Assembly (NCBI GenBank): GCA_945834475.1
Contig: CAMAHK010000003.1
Coordinates: 900 to 64,899 of the forward strand
Direction of reading: 5' to 3'
Source of the DNA: an uncultured Verrucomicrobiota bacterium
Lineage (GTDB): Bacteria; Verrucomicrobiota; Kiritimatiellia; RFP12; UBA1067
Length of the DNA: 64,000 nucleotides
This document shows positions 33,140 to 41,793 of the stretch, in pieces. Every line of letters begins with the position of its first letter. Position 1 is the stretch's first letter. The position numbers and the translations under genes are program-made. The notes below the pieces were generated by a model. That model saw nothing but the letters and a program-made list of their open reading frames with translations. It was not told the DNA's origin and did not search any database.

Positions 33140-34181
33140 TCCGCTCTTCACCTTCATCCTTTACCTTCACCTCGGTCTTCAACCGGCCCTTCAGCAAATC
33201 CTTGACCGCCGCACGCATCTGGCGCTTCGCCGTCGCGAGCGGGGCCTTGATCGTGCAGCCGGCCGCCTTGCGATGTCCGCCGCCGCCGAACTTGCCGGCC
33301 AGAACGGTCGCATCCCAGTCGCCGCGCGTACGGATCGAGCACCGTGTCTCCTTCGTGCGGTCCGGAATCTGATAGAAAAAGAGCGCGATCTCATTTCCAG
33401 CGACCGAGCGAGGAATCTCGATGACATCCTCCGCCTCGGCCTTCGTGCCGCGGACTGCCCGGAAGTCGTCGCGCGTCAACGTCACCTCGGCGACCTTGCG
33501 GTTCTTCCAGATGTGGAGCGACCGCCAGGCGAGACGCTTGAGCTCGATCGCCTTGCGGGAGAACATCCCGTAGATGATGTCATTGATATAAGCCGTCCGT
33601 ACGCCGTACTTGAGCAGGTCTCCCGCCGCGCGAAGCGTTCGTTCGGAGGTCGAATCGTACGCGAAGCGTCCCGAATCCGTGATCAGCGCGACCCAGAGGG
33701 CCTCGGCAATTGCGCGATCCAGGCTCCACTCGTTCCACTTCGCGAATCGCCAGATGATCTCGCCTGTCGACGAGGCCGTCGGGTCGACGATCTGGACTTG
33801 TCCGAACGTGCCGTCATTCGTGACATGATGGTCGATGCAGATCGCCGGGAGTTTCTCGGCGACCGCCTTGACTTCTGGCGGCATGCGCGTAAAGGACGAG
33901 TTGTCGACGGCGATGAAGAGATCGAACTTCGCACGCTTCGCCCTGCTCTTGAGTTTACGCACCGGAATGAGATCTTCGACACCCTCTAGAAAACCAGGCT
34001 TGCCAAGGGCATTGAGATCGGCCGTCGCAAAGGACTCCTTGCCCGCGCCCTTCAGCAGGCGGGCCAACGCAATCATGCTCCCCAAGGAATCCCCATCGGG
34101 ACTCAAGTGCCCCGAGATCAGAACCCGCCGTGATGCGGCAATCAATTCCATCGCCGCCTGATAGTCTTGCCACTTCTCCAT
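33132..34181 (-). CDS. nrnA: DHH/DHHA1 phosphoesterase (NrnA-like oligoribonuclease/pAp phosphatase)
   Basis: HLSPDGDSLGS, DHH context and GGGHRKAAG motifs. Confidence 0.85.
   Translation of the reverse strand: MEKWQDYQAAMELIAASRRVLISGHLSPDGDSLGSMIALARLLKGAGKESFATADLNALGKPGFLEGVEDLIPVRKLKSRAKRAKFDLFIAVDNSSFTRMPPEVKAVAEKLPAICIDHHVTNDGTFGQVQIVDPTASSTGEIIWRFAKWNEWSLDRAIAEALWVALITDSGRFAYDSTSERTLRAAGDLLKYGVRTAYINDIIYGMFSRKAIELKRLAWRSLHIWKNRKVAEVTLTRDDFRAVRGTKAEAEDVIEIPRSVAGNEIALFFYQIPDRTKETRCSIRTRGDWDATVLAGKFGGGGHRKAAGCTIKAPLATAKRQMRAAVKDLLKGRLKTEVKVKDEGEERNV
33146..33173. repeat. (CACCTTC)n-like array at the nrnA 3' end / ELM1-like 5' region
   Basis: The coding strand reads GAGGTGAAGGTAAAGGATGAAGGTGAAG upstream of the ATG at 33139. 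It also encodes the NrnA tail EVKVKDEGE. Confidence 0.7.
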
Positions 34182-34221
34182 GTCTCAACCAATCATTGCA
34201 AATCCAATATCCCTCTGCAAC

Positions 34222-35436
34222 CTAGACAGCGTCTTTCCTGAAGGTCACCATTCGCGCGAAAAAGACGAGCACCGCACCCGCCAGGGCGAAAACCGCCAGC
34301 GAGGCAAACGACGTGCGAATCGTGAAATGATCGTTCATGAACCCCATCACGCCGGGACCAAACGCGCCGAAAATACACCCGCCGCACCCGAAGAGCCCCG
34401 TCGCCACCGCCCGGTAGCGCGGATTGATGACGTCCATCAGCGCCGCGTAGAGGTTCGAGTCGTAAATGCCCGTCGTGAAGCCGAACGCAAACACGGCCAC
34501 AATCATCAGCGGCAACGACCCCGCCCAGGCTGTCATCAGGAGGCACGGAACGGAGAGGAGAACCGCGACGATCTCGACCTCCAGGCGAACGGCCGTCCGC
34601 CGCGCCTTGAGCCGGTCGCTGACGAGTCCGCCAAGGAAGACACCGACGACCGCGCCCAGGTAGAACCAGAACGAAGAATGAAACGCCGCAGATGTCTTCG
34701 ACAGGTCGAATGTCGTTAGGAAGAGTTTCGGCACCCACTGTTTGTAGCCATAGAGCAGATAGAAATAACACCCGAGCGCCAGCATCAACGTAATTGCCGT
34801 CGGCTTGGAGAAGAAGGCGGCAAACGCCTCGCGCAGCGTCGGCTTGTCCCCGCCCCCGGCTTCCTGTTGCGTGTCGCGGAGCTTCAGGGTTGCGACGAGC
34901 GCCCAAGCGATGCCAATCGCACCAAAAAGGAGAAAAGCCGTTTTCCACCGTCCGGGGCCAAGGTCGGAAAGATAGCCCGCGACGATACAGCAGATGATAC
35001 TCCCCGCGTAGATCGCCGCCTGATAAACCGCGAATGCCGTCCCGCGCGTCTCGACGTGCATCTGGCTGATGAGGGACGAATTGGACGGCGGGAGCATCGC
35101 CTGACCGAAGGCGTTGGCGATGCCGTAACAGAGCACAAGCATAGCCAAACCGTCCGCAAAGCCGACACCCAGGATACCGGCCGAGAAGACAAGCGTCCCC
35201 ACGACGATCATCCACTTGCGCCGGAAGAAGTCGGCCGCCAAACCCGAGAAAAACAAAACGACGCCAAAAACGAGCGTAAAGGCCGAGGCGACGGACCCAA
35301 TTTGCGCGTCAGTGAGAGCGAAGTCGATGCCGATCTGCGGCGAGACGGCACTGTAAACCTGACGGACACCCTGCGCCAGAAAATACGTCAGCGAGACGAT
35401 GCCCAGCATAATCCACTTGTAATCGACTTTCGTCAT
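34222..35436 (-). CDS. MFS transporter
   Basis: 404 aa with about 12 hydrophobic segments. It has a DFFRRKW-type loop between TM2 and TM3. GGGGGAG SD. Confidence 0.85.
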   Translation of the reverse strand: MTKVDYKWIMLGIVSLTYFLAQGVRQVYSAVSPQIGIDFALTDAQIGSVASAFTLVFGVVLFFSGLAADFFRRKWMIVVGTLVFSAGILGVGFADGLAMLVLCYGIANAFGQAMLPPSNSSLISQMHVETRGTAFAVYQAAIYAGSIICCIVAGYLSDLGPGRWKTAFLLFGAIGIAWALVATLKLRDTQQEAGGGDKPTLREAFAAFFSKPTAITLMLALGCYFYLLYGYKQWVPKLFLTTFDLSKTSAAFHSSFWFYLGAVVGVFLGGLVSDRLKARRTAVRLEVEIVAVLLSVPCLLMTAWAGSLPLMIVAVFAFGFTTGIYDSNLYAALMDVINPRYRAVATGLFGCGGCIFGAFGPGVMGFMNDHFTIRTSFASLAVFALAGAVLVFFARMVTFRKDAV

Positions 35437-35445
35437 GTCTCCCCC

Positions 35446-37962
35446 TTAGAAAAACGTCATCTGCCCTGGGAGTTCCGAAAGTCGCTTGCGGGGCTTCTTC
35501 ACGACCTTGGGTCGGTTCACATCGAGTTCATTCGCCTCGAGGTTCTTGAGAATCTCCTCGGCGCGGCCGACGACCTCCTGCGGGAGCCCCGCCATCGCGC
35601 CGACGTGAATGCCGAAGCTCTTCTCGGCGATGCCCGGGACGATTCGCCGCAGGAACACGACGCGTCCGCCCTCGTCCTTCACCTTCACCGTGTAGTTCTT
35701 GATGCCCGGGAACGTGTCCGCGAGGTCGGTGAGCTCGTGGTAGTGCGTCGCGAAGAGCGTCTTCGCCTTCGCGCTCGCCTTGCCGTGCAGATACTCCGCG
35801 ACCGACCAGGCGATCGAGATGCCGTCGAAGGTCGAGGTGCCGCGGCCGATCTCGTCCAGGACGATCAGCGACTTCGGCGTCGCATTGTTGAGGATGTTCG
35901 CCGTCTCCTGCATCTCGACGAGGAACGTCGAACGTCCGCGCGCGAGGTCGTCCCCGGCGCCGATGCGCGTGAAGACACGGTCCAGAACGCCGAGCCGCAT
36001 CGCCGCCGCCGGCACGAACGAGCCCATCTGCGCCATCACCGCGATTGTCGCAACCTGACGGATGTACGTCGACTTGCCGGCCATGTTCGGCCCCGTGATG
36101 AGGATGATCTGGTCCGTCGTCGTGTTGAGGAACGACGAGTTCGGCACGAACGGCTCCGCATCGGGGAGCTGCTCGATAATTGGATGGCGTCCGTCGACGA
36201 TTTCAAGAACATCCGAGTCGTCGACCGTCGGCCGCACGTATCCCGCCGCCAGCGCACGGTCCGCCAGCGCCAGCGTCGCGTCGAGCGCCCCGAGCGCAAG
36301 CGCTGTCTCCTGAATCTCGACCGTCTTTGCCGCAATCGTCTCGAGGACGCCGCGAAAGAGCGTCTGCTCGATCGCGATCGCCTTGTCCTGCGCCCCGACG
36401 ACCTTGCGCTCGTATTCCTTCAGCTCCTCCGTGACGTACTGTTCGCCCGTCGTCAGCGTGCGGCGCCGCACATAGTCGGCCGGCACCTGGGGGATGAACG
36501 ACTTCGGCACTTCGATCATATAGCCGAACGCCGGCACGCGCTTCACCTTGAGCTTCGAAATGCCCGTGCGCTGCTGTTCGCGCGCCTGGTACTCGGCAAG
36601 CCACTGATGCCCTTCCGCCGCAATCGCGCGCAGCTCGTCAAGCTCTCCATTGTAGCCCGAGGCAATGTACCCGCCGTCCGCGAGCATCACCGCAGGGTCT
36701 TCGCAGATGGCCTTGTCGATGAGATCGACAAGAGCGGATTGTGGCGTTAGATTTTGAACAAGCGATCTGGAGATCGCTTCCCCTGTACCGCGGTGCGTCT
36801 CGCCCGCGGCACTCTCCAAGCCCCCCAAAATCTCCGGGATCGGCCGCAAGCTCGCCGCGAGGGCCTTCACATCGCGCGGATTCGCGCGGAAGGCGTCGAC
36901 CTTCTGGATGAGCCGCTCCAAATCCCTGACCCCCGACAGCAATGTGCGCAGCGACGCGAGCGCTCCGCGGTTCTCGACAAACGCCTGCACGGCGTCGAGC
37001 CGCGCGTTGACGTCCGCCGCCCGTGCGAGCGGCCGCAGAATCCAGTTGCGCATCGTGCGCGCACCCATCGGCGTCTTCGTGACGTCGAGAACGCCGAGAA
37101 GCGACGCCTCCTTCGGCACGTCGCCGACCGGAATGAGCTGCAGGTGGCGGAGCGTTCCAACGTCGAGAACCAGCACGTCGTCCGACTGCCGCAGCTGAAT
37201 CTTGCGCACGTGCTCGAGCGAATGATGGAGCGTCGTCCCGACATAATAGAGAAGCGCCCCCGCCGCCGAGATGAGATCGGTCTTGTCCGTAAGTCCGAAG
37301 CCATCAAGCGACAGGACCTTGAAGTGCCGCGTCAGGCAATCGAGTGCCGCATCAACCGAAAACGTCCAACTCTCAATGGGCGTCGCCTGGCGCGACAAGA
37401 GTGTCGCGCCCCCGTTATCCGTCCCAACCGGGGACGCGACACTCTTGTCGCGTCGGTCAGGAACAATCACCTCTGCCGGATGATACCGCTCCAGCGCCTC
37501 GTCGAGCTTTTCCTGCGCGGCGAACTGTTCGACGATGAACTCGCCCGTCGAGAGATCGAGAAGCGCGAGCCCGAGACCCGACACCGCCGCGGCGTACGTG
37601 TTCGTCGTCTCGTCGAGAAGCCCGTCCTCCGTCACCGTACCCGGCGTCACGATGCGCGTCACTTCGCGGCGGACAAGTCCCTTCGCCGTCTTCGGATCCT
37701 CGACCTGATCGCAGAGAGCCGCCGTCTTGCCGGCACGGATCAGCTTCGCGAGATACGAGTTGAGCGCGTGATACGGCACGCCGCACATCGGCTGGTCACC
37801 GCGGTGCGTGAGCGTCGCGCCTAGGATCGGCGAGGCGATCACCGCGTCCTCGCCGAACATCTCGTAGAAGTCGCCGAGGCGAAACATCACAATGGCCCCC
37901 GCCGGCACCTCGCGCTTGATCGCGAGGTACTGGCGCATCAGCGGTGTCAGTTCGGCGGCCAT
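35446..37962 (-). CDS. mutS: DNA mismatch repair protein MutS
   Basis: 838 aa with TPLMRQYL, GPNMAGKST Walker A, DEIGRGTST and HYHELT. It carries two in-frame repeat insertions (36785-36823 and 37391-37455). Confidence 0.97.
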   Translation of the reverse strand: MAAELTPLMRQYLAIKREVPAGAIVMFRLGDFYEMFGEDAVIASPILGATLTHRGDQPMCGVPYHALNSYLAKLIRAGKTAALCDQVEDPKTAKGLVRREVTRIVTPGTVTEDGLLDETTNTYAAAVSGLGLALLDLSTGEFIVEQFAAQEKLDEALERYHPAEVIVPDRRDKSVASPVGTDNGGATLLSRQATPIESWTFSVDAALDCLTRHFKVLSLDGFGLTDKTDLISAAGALLYYVGTTLHHSLEHVRKIQLRQSDDVLVLDVGTLRHLQLIPVGDVPKEASLLGVLDVTKTPMGARTMRNWILRPLARAADVNARLDAVQAFVENRGALASLRTLLSGVRDLERLIQKVDAFRANPRDVKALAASLRPIPEILGGLESAAGETHRGTGEAISRSLVQNLTPQSALVDLIDKAICEDPAVMLADGGYIASGYNGELDELRAIAAEGHQWLAEYQAREQQRTGISKLKVKRVPAFGYMIEVPKSFIPQVPADYVRRRTLTTGEQYVTEELKEYERKVVGAQDKAIAIEQTLFRGVLETIAAKTVEIQETALALGALDATLALADRALAAGYVRPTVDDSDVLEIVDGRHPIIEQLPDAEPFVPNSSFLNTTTDQIILITGPNMAGKSTYIRQVATIAVMAQMGSFVPAAAMRLGVLDRVFTRIGAGDDLARGRSTFLVEMQETANILNNATPKSLIVLDEIGRGTSTFDGISIAWSVAEYLHGKASAKAKTLFATHYHELTDLADTFPGIKNYTVKVKDEGGRVVFLRRIVPGIAEKSFGIHVGAMAGLPQEVVGRAEEILKNLEANELDVNRPKVVKKPRKRLSELPGQMTFF
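36785..36823. repeat. Class-1 element, solo arm (in mutS)
   Basis: GTACCGCGGTGCGTCTCGCCCGCGGCACTCTCCAAGCCC, translated as GLESAAGETHRGT. Confidence 0.85.
37391..37455. repeat. Class-2 nested palindrome, second copy (in mutS)
   Basis: CGCGACAAGAGTGTCGCGCCCC ... GGGGACGCGACACTCTTGTCGCGTCG. The spacer looks inverted relative to the copy at 22400. It is translated as RRDKSVASPVGTDNGGATLLSRQ. Confidence 0.9.
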
Positions 37963-37964
37963 GG

Positions 37965-39059
37965 TCAGACGACGGGACGGATGTAAGTCGACTTGACGGT
38001 GCGCCAGAGGACGACGCAGAACGCCGAGAGCGGAATCGCCAGGAGAAGGCCGAGAAGCGGCCCCAGAACCGTCGGCCAGAAGATGAAGCTGAAGATCACG
38101 CCCGCGAAGCCGAGTCCCGTCTTGTCACCCTGCACCTTCGGCGTGATCACATAGCCGTCAAGCACCTGTCCGCAGAGCCAGACAACGAGGACGAGCACCA
38201 ACCGCATCACAGAACCTCCCGCCCCGAAATACGCGAGCGGCAGGGCAACGGGAAGGCAGATGACCGTGCCGAAGAGCGGCACGAGGTTGAGAAGCCCAAG
38301 CATAAACCCGATTAGGAAGCCATAGGGAAGCCCCACAACCAAGAAGCCCACCCCGTAAAGACAGCCCTCAATCAGGCAGATGACGGTCTGACGCTGAAAG
38401 AAGGAAACGAGGATGTCGACGAACGTGTCGATCTGTGTCGCCAGGAAGTTGCGCGTCTCATCCTTCAAGAACGGCATCTGCCCGACGATCTCGCTGCCTC
38501 GGCGATCCTTCGTCATCAGGAAGAAGACGAGGAAGAGAAGCGACAGCAGAAGAACCAAAACACCCGACAGGCACTTGAGCGCACCCGAACCCGCCTTCAC
38601 CGCCGTCGCACCGTACTTGGAGACAATATCACCAAGTCCTTCGTCCACAAGGCCTGTCTGCGAGAGGAATGCGTGAAGACGCGGGAAGGTCGCGGCGAAC
38701 CAGTCCGCCACGTGATGAATGAGCTGCGGTCCTTGCGCAATCAGGTTGATCGCCTGATCGATCAAAACTGCCCCCGCGTACCACAAGATGCACCCGAACG
38801 GCACAAGAACTGTCGCCAACATCAGCACGACCGCGAGCGTCGGATTCTTCACAAGTCGCTTCCACCAATTGTAGTAAGGCTTAAAGAAGAGCGAGAGAAA
38901 GAATCCAAAGAAGACCGGCACGAGCGCCGAAGCCGCAAAGGAAACGAGTTTCAGAACCCCCCAGGCGACCGCACTGACGAACGCAAACGTGAGTGCCAGG
39001 CAAAGGACCGTAATTCCCCCCGCAATTGTCTTCTTCTGTGTCGGTGAAAAATCAATCAT
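37965..39059 (-). CDS. AI-2E family transporter (PerM/UPF0118)
   Basis: Multi-TM protein with the conserved C-terminal region. The track start at 39086 is a TTG. I prefer the ATG at 39059, which sits 7 nt downstream of a TGATATAAT box. Confidence 0.85.
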   Translation of the reverse strand: MIDFSPTQKKTIAGGITVLCLALTFAFVSAVAWGVLKLVSFAASALVPVFFGFFLSLFFKPYYNWWKRLVKNPTLAVVLMLATVLVPFGCILWYAGAVLIDQAINLIAQGPQLIHHVADWFAATFPRLHAFLSQTGLVDEGLGDIVSKYGATAVKAGSGALKCLSGVLVLLLSLLFLVFFLMTKDRRGSEIVGQMPFLKDETRNFLATQIDTFVDILVSFFQRQTVICLIEGCLYGVGFLVVGLPYGFLIGFMLGLLNLVPLFGTVICLPVALPLAYFGAGGSVMRLVLVLVVWLCGQVLDGYVITPKVQGDKTGLGFAGVIFSFIFWPTVLGPLLGLLLAIPLSAFCVVLWRTVKSTYIRPVV

Positions 39060-39066
39060 ATTATGT

Positions 39067-39075
39067 ATTATATCA
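39067..39075 (-). promoter_or_regulatory. Extended -10 box TGATATAAT, 7 nt upstream of the ATG at 39059 (AI-2E transporter)
   Basis: The minus strand reads TGATATAATACATAAT-ATG. Confidence 0.5.
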
Positions 39076-39124
39076 AAACCTTTCAACCCTCGCGATACCT
39101 CAAAGCGCTCGAATCGGCGACAAA

Positions 39125-39703
39125 CTAGGGATCGTGCCGCAGCCAGGCTGTGCGCATGAACTTCACGGCCCGGGAAAAGATCTGATCGACATTGCCGGCG
39201 GACGAGATCTCAAGGAAGTCCTTCACCTCCGCGCTCGAGAGATGGAATCGCGTCTTCAGGATGTGCACGTAGGCCTTTTCGGGATCGTCCATCCAGAGAT
39301 CGTGGAAGCAGTAATGCGTCGTGATCCAGATGTCCTTTGAAATGACCTTCTTGTCCTGCACCGGCACGTCCATCCCCGTCGCGCCGTCCTCGTCGTCGGG
39401 ATGCGCATTCTCGAGCGAGACCACGCCGTGCTTGTTCGGATTCGCGTTCAGCACGTACCCGCGCACGTAGCGCTTGAGCCAGCCCTCGAAGCTACCTTCG
39501 CCGCGAAAGAGGTCGATCTTGCCGCGAGCGATCATCTCCTCATAAAGAAGCCCCATCAGGTCGCCGCCGGTGAGCGAATAGCGCTTCATCATCTCGGCGG
39601 ACCGCAGCGACACGGCCTCGGGCGCGACGACGCGCTCCCAGACCAGCTTCCAGCCGACGTCCTCGCCGGCCTTGACACTCTCGAACCATTCGGCGTCTGT
39701 CAT
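39125..39703 (-). CDS. Divergent sigma-70/ECF-like factor (putative)
   Basis: Region-2-like FEGWLKRYVRGYVLN and a C-terminal HTH-like LSSAEVKDFLEISSAGNVDQIFSRAVKFMR. The assignment is weak. Confidence 0.5.
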   Translation of the reverse strand: MTDAEWFESVKAGEDVGWKLVWERVVAPEAVSLRSAEMMKRYSLTGGDLMGLLYEEMIARGKIDLFRGEGSFEGWLKRYVRGYVLNANPNKHGVVSLENAHPDDEDGATGMDVPVQDKKVISKDIWITTHYCFHDLWMDDPEKAYVHILKTRFHLSSAEVKDFLEISSAGNVDQIFSRAVKFMRTAWLRHDP

Positions 39704-40017
39704 TCAAACGTCAATGCGCCCGGCACAGGCGGCATTCCCTTGCGATGGAGCCAGATTCCCCCGTCATGCTTGCCGCGGACGAAATCGCCGCACCGCAGCG
39801 CGCCGCGTCCCGCCGTGACGGGAATCGTCGTCCCGGCGTATTCGAACCCACCCGCCGCGATCGGTGTCCCCTCCCCGTCGGCGATGTCGAGCACCGCCTC
39901 CGAGTTGTCCGTCGATCCCGGCGCAAAGGTAAGGTGGGCCTTCCAACGCTGCTTCGCATCCTTCATCGGATGCGAATACAACGTAAAGACGATCGTCTTG
40001 TCGACGGGCGTCCTCAT
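39700..40017 (-). CDS. Hypothetical 105-aa protein
   Basis: ATGA overlaps at both ends tie it translationally to the DUF1080 gene upstream and the sigma-like gene downstream. I recognise no family. Confidence 0.5.
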   Translation of the reverse strand: MRTPVDKTIVFTLYSHPMKDAKQRWKAHLTFAPGSTDNSEAVLDIADGEGTPIAAGGFEYAGTTIPVTAGRGALRCGDFVRGKHDGGIWLHRKGMPPVPGALTFE

Positions 40018-40970
40018 TTCGCGGGACGCAGAATCATGTTCTTGAAGTCCGCATCGGAGTGGTCACCCTGCAGGTAGATCGGCCCCGGCACGAACTCGTC
40101 CGCATCAATCGCACCGCCGGTGATACCGACAACGGGCGCGTCCTCAATGATCGTCTCGCCGTTGAGGACGACCGTCAAGTGGCGCTTGTAGAGCGTGACG
40201 GAAACATGCTGCCACTCACCCGGCGCCTTCTCGGCGGCGACGCACGGCACCACGCGGCCGTAGTACGCGGCCATGTTGTGCTCGTTGACCTTCTCGCCGT
40301 AGCTGTCGACAACCTGGCACTCGTAGCGGCCGCGGAGGTAGACGCCCGAGTTGGAGGCCTTCGGCACGCGCACGTCGTACTCGAGGTTGAAGTCATAGAA
40401 GTCGGCACGCTTGGACATGAGATTCGCGCCGCCACCTGCCCATTTCCCGTCCGGCGTGAGCCCGAGGCTGTTCGAGAGGACGCCGTCCTTGAACGACCAG
40501 CCGAACTTCGCCTTCTCGTCCATCGATTTCCAGCCGTCGAGGCCGTCCTTCAGGAGGTCAATCGGCTCGCCGAGGACCGCGTCCTTCGTCGAGGCCGGCT
40601 CGATTTCGGAATTTTTCCAGCCCGTGACACTCGTCTCGCCAAGGCCGTTCTTCTTGATCGCAACCGCCTTGAGCGTTCCGGCTGTCACCGTGCCCTTCAC
40701 CGTGAAGCCCCACGGATGCGTGAAGCTGAAGTCACGTCCGTCGACGACGACATCCTTCATCGGGATCGGCGACGCCCAGCGCCAGAGCACGGTCGCCTGC
40801 GGCTGGCCGTCCGCATCGCGGGACATGATCATGTGACCCGCATTCATCGACTCGTAGCCGAGCTTCAACCCCCAATTGCCCATCACGGGATCCGTGCAGC
40901 AGGTCTTCTTCGCGCACACGCAGCCCGACAGAGCCGCCACGGCTAGGGCCGACAACATCATCTTGTTCAT
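40014..40970 (-). CDS. DUF1080 (3-keto-disaccharide hydrolase-like) lipoprotein
   Basis: MNKMMLSALAVAALSGC lipobox. Also SNSGVYLRGRYECQVVDSYG ... GPIYLQGDHSDADFKNMILRP. Confidence 0.8.
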   Translation of the reverse strand: MNKMMLSALAVAALSGCVCAKKTCCTDPVMGNWGLKLGYESMNAGHMIMSRDADGQPQATVLWRWASPIPMKDVVVDGRDFSFTHPWGFTVKGTVTAGTLKAVAIKKNGLGETSVTGWKNSEIEPASTKDAVLGEPIDLLKDGLDGWKSMDEKAKFGWSFKDGVLSNSLGLTPDGKWAGGGANLMSKRADFYDFNLEYDVRVPKASNSGVYLRGRYECQVVDSYGEKVNEHNMAAYYGRVVPCVAAEKAPGEWQHVSVTLYKRHLTVVLNGETIIEDAPVVGITGGAIDADEFVPGPIYLQGDHSDADFKNMILRPAK

Positions 40971-41007
40971 CAGTATGTTCCCTTTATGGTTATTCGTGTT
41001 TCAAAAC

Positions 41008-41751
41008 TCAAGGCTTGAAATAAAGGCGGCAGTGACAGAGTCCATGGTAGTTTGGATCTCGGAGCTGGCCCTTGAACTCGTCGCAGGGGCAGAAGAACTC
41101 CGGCAGTTTCTGCAGCCGGCACGGACAGAACGCGTTCTTGCGCACGACGCCCTGCCGCACCATCGCCGCGAGCTTCGCGTCTGGATTGAGCGTCACGCCG
41201 TTCTTCGCAAAAAGCTCACGGATCTCCGTTGACGACTCCTTCGTCCGGGGATACGCCTTAAACGTCACCAGCTTCTTCAGCTCGTCAATGTCCTTCCACT
41301 TCGGCAGTCCCTCGACCGAGTCCTCGCCGATGATTAAGTAGAGGTGGAGAGAAGAGGTGGAGGTGGACAAAGGAGCATATTCTTCCTTGATTTCCCGCAC
41401 GGTGTCGATCGTGTACGAGACGCCGCCGCGCTTCAACTCGCGGTCGTCGACCACCACGCGCGGATCGTCGGCAAACGCCGCCTTCACCAGCTCCAGCCGA
41501 TCCCAGGGGAACTCCGTACCGCGGCCCGCGGCGTTGTCTTCCGTACCGCGGTGCGTCTCGCCCGCGGCGTCACCAAGCCCGCTGTTACCCGCCGCGGGCG
41601 GGACGCACCGCGGTACGGTCTTGAACGGACTCACGTTCGCCGGAATGACGATGAGCTTATCGAGCTTCAGCTCCTCAAGCGCCTTGCGGGCGACCGTCAG
41701 ATGCCCGAAGTGAATCGGATTGAAGCTTCCCCCGTAAATGCCAATGTTCAT
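41008..41751 (-). CDS. nadD: Nicotinate-nucleotide adenylyltransferase fused to a C-terminal ferredoxin:thioredoxin-reductase-catalytic-subunit-like Cys motif
   Basis: I prefer the ATG at 41751 (MNIGIYGGSFNPIHFGHL). It has ESSTEIR (ISSTxIR-like). The C-terminal part is FCPCRLQKLPEFFCPCDEFKGQLRDPNYHGLCHCRLYF (41029-41127). It carries two repeat insertions. Confidence 0.85.
   Translation of the reverse strand: MNIGIYGGSFNPIHFGHLTVARKALEELKLDKLIVIPANVSPFKTVPRCVPPAAGNSGLGDAAGETHRGTEDNAAGRGTEFPWDRLELVKAAFADDPRVVVDDRELKRGGVSYTIDTVREIKEEYAPLSTSTSSLHLYLIIGEDSVEGLPKWKDIDELKKLVTFKAYPRTKESSTEIRELFAKNGVTLNPDAKLAAMVRQGVVRKNAFCPCRLQKLPEFFCPCDEFKGQLRDPNYHGLCHCRLYFKP
41338..41368. repeat. GAGGTGGA-type simple repeat inside nadD
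   Basis: GTAGAGGTGGAGAGAAGAGGTGGAGGTGGAC on the plus strand, translated as STSTSSLHLY. Confidence 0.7.
41516..41616. repeat. Class-1 element, composite of about 101 bp (in nadD)
   Basis: GTACCGCGGCCCGCGGCGTTGTCTTCC + GTACCGCGGTGCGTCTCGCCCGCGGCGTCACCAAGCCCGCTGTTACCCGCCGCGGGCGGGACGCACCGCGGTAC. It is translated as VPRCVPPAAGNSGLGDAAGETHRGTEDNAAGRGT. Confidence 0.9.
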
Positions 41752-41767
41752 ACGCCAATCTCCTCGT

Positions 41768-41785
41768 TCTCCACCTCTACACGGC
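41768..41785. repeat. 18-mer GCCGTGTAGAGGTGGAGA (reverse orientation) just upstream of the nadD ATG
   Basis: The same 18-mer occurs at 60226-60243 inside the FAD oxidoreductase gene. Confidence 0.7.
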
Positions 41786-41793
41786 CCCAAAGC

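Noticed and set aside
36785-36823. GETHRGT/PRCVSPAA as a genuine conserved protein motif shared by MutS, ArgS, NadD and others.
   Set aside because: The same nucleotide string occurs in both orientations and in different reading frames (AAGETHRGT, VPRCVSPAA, TAVRLARG) in unrelated proteins. Conservation is therefore at the DNA level.
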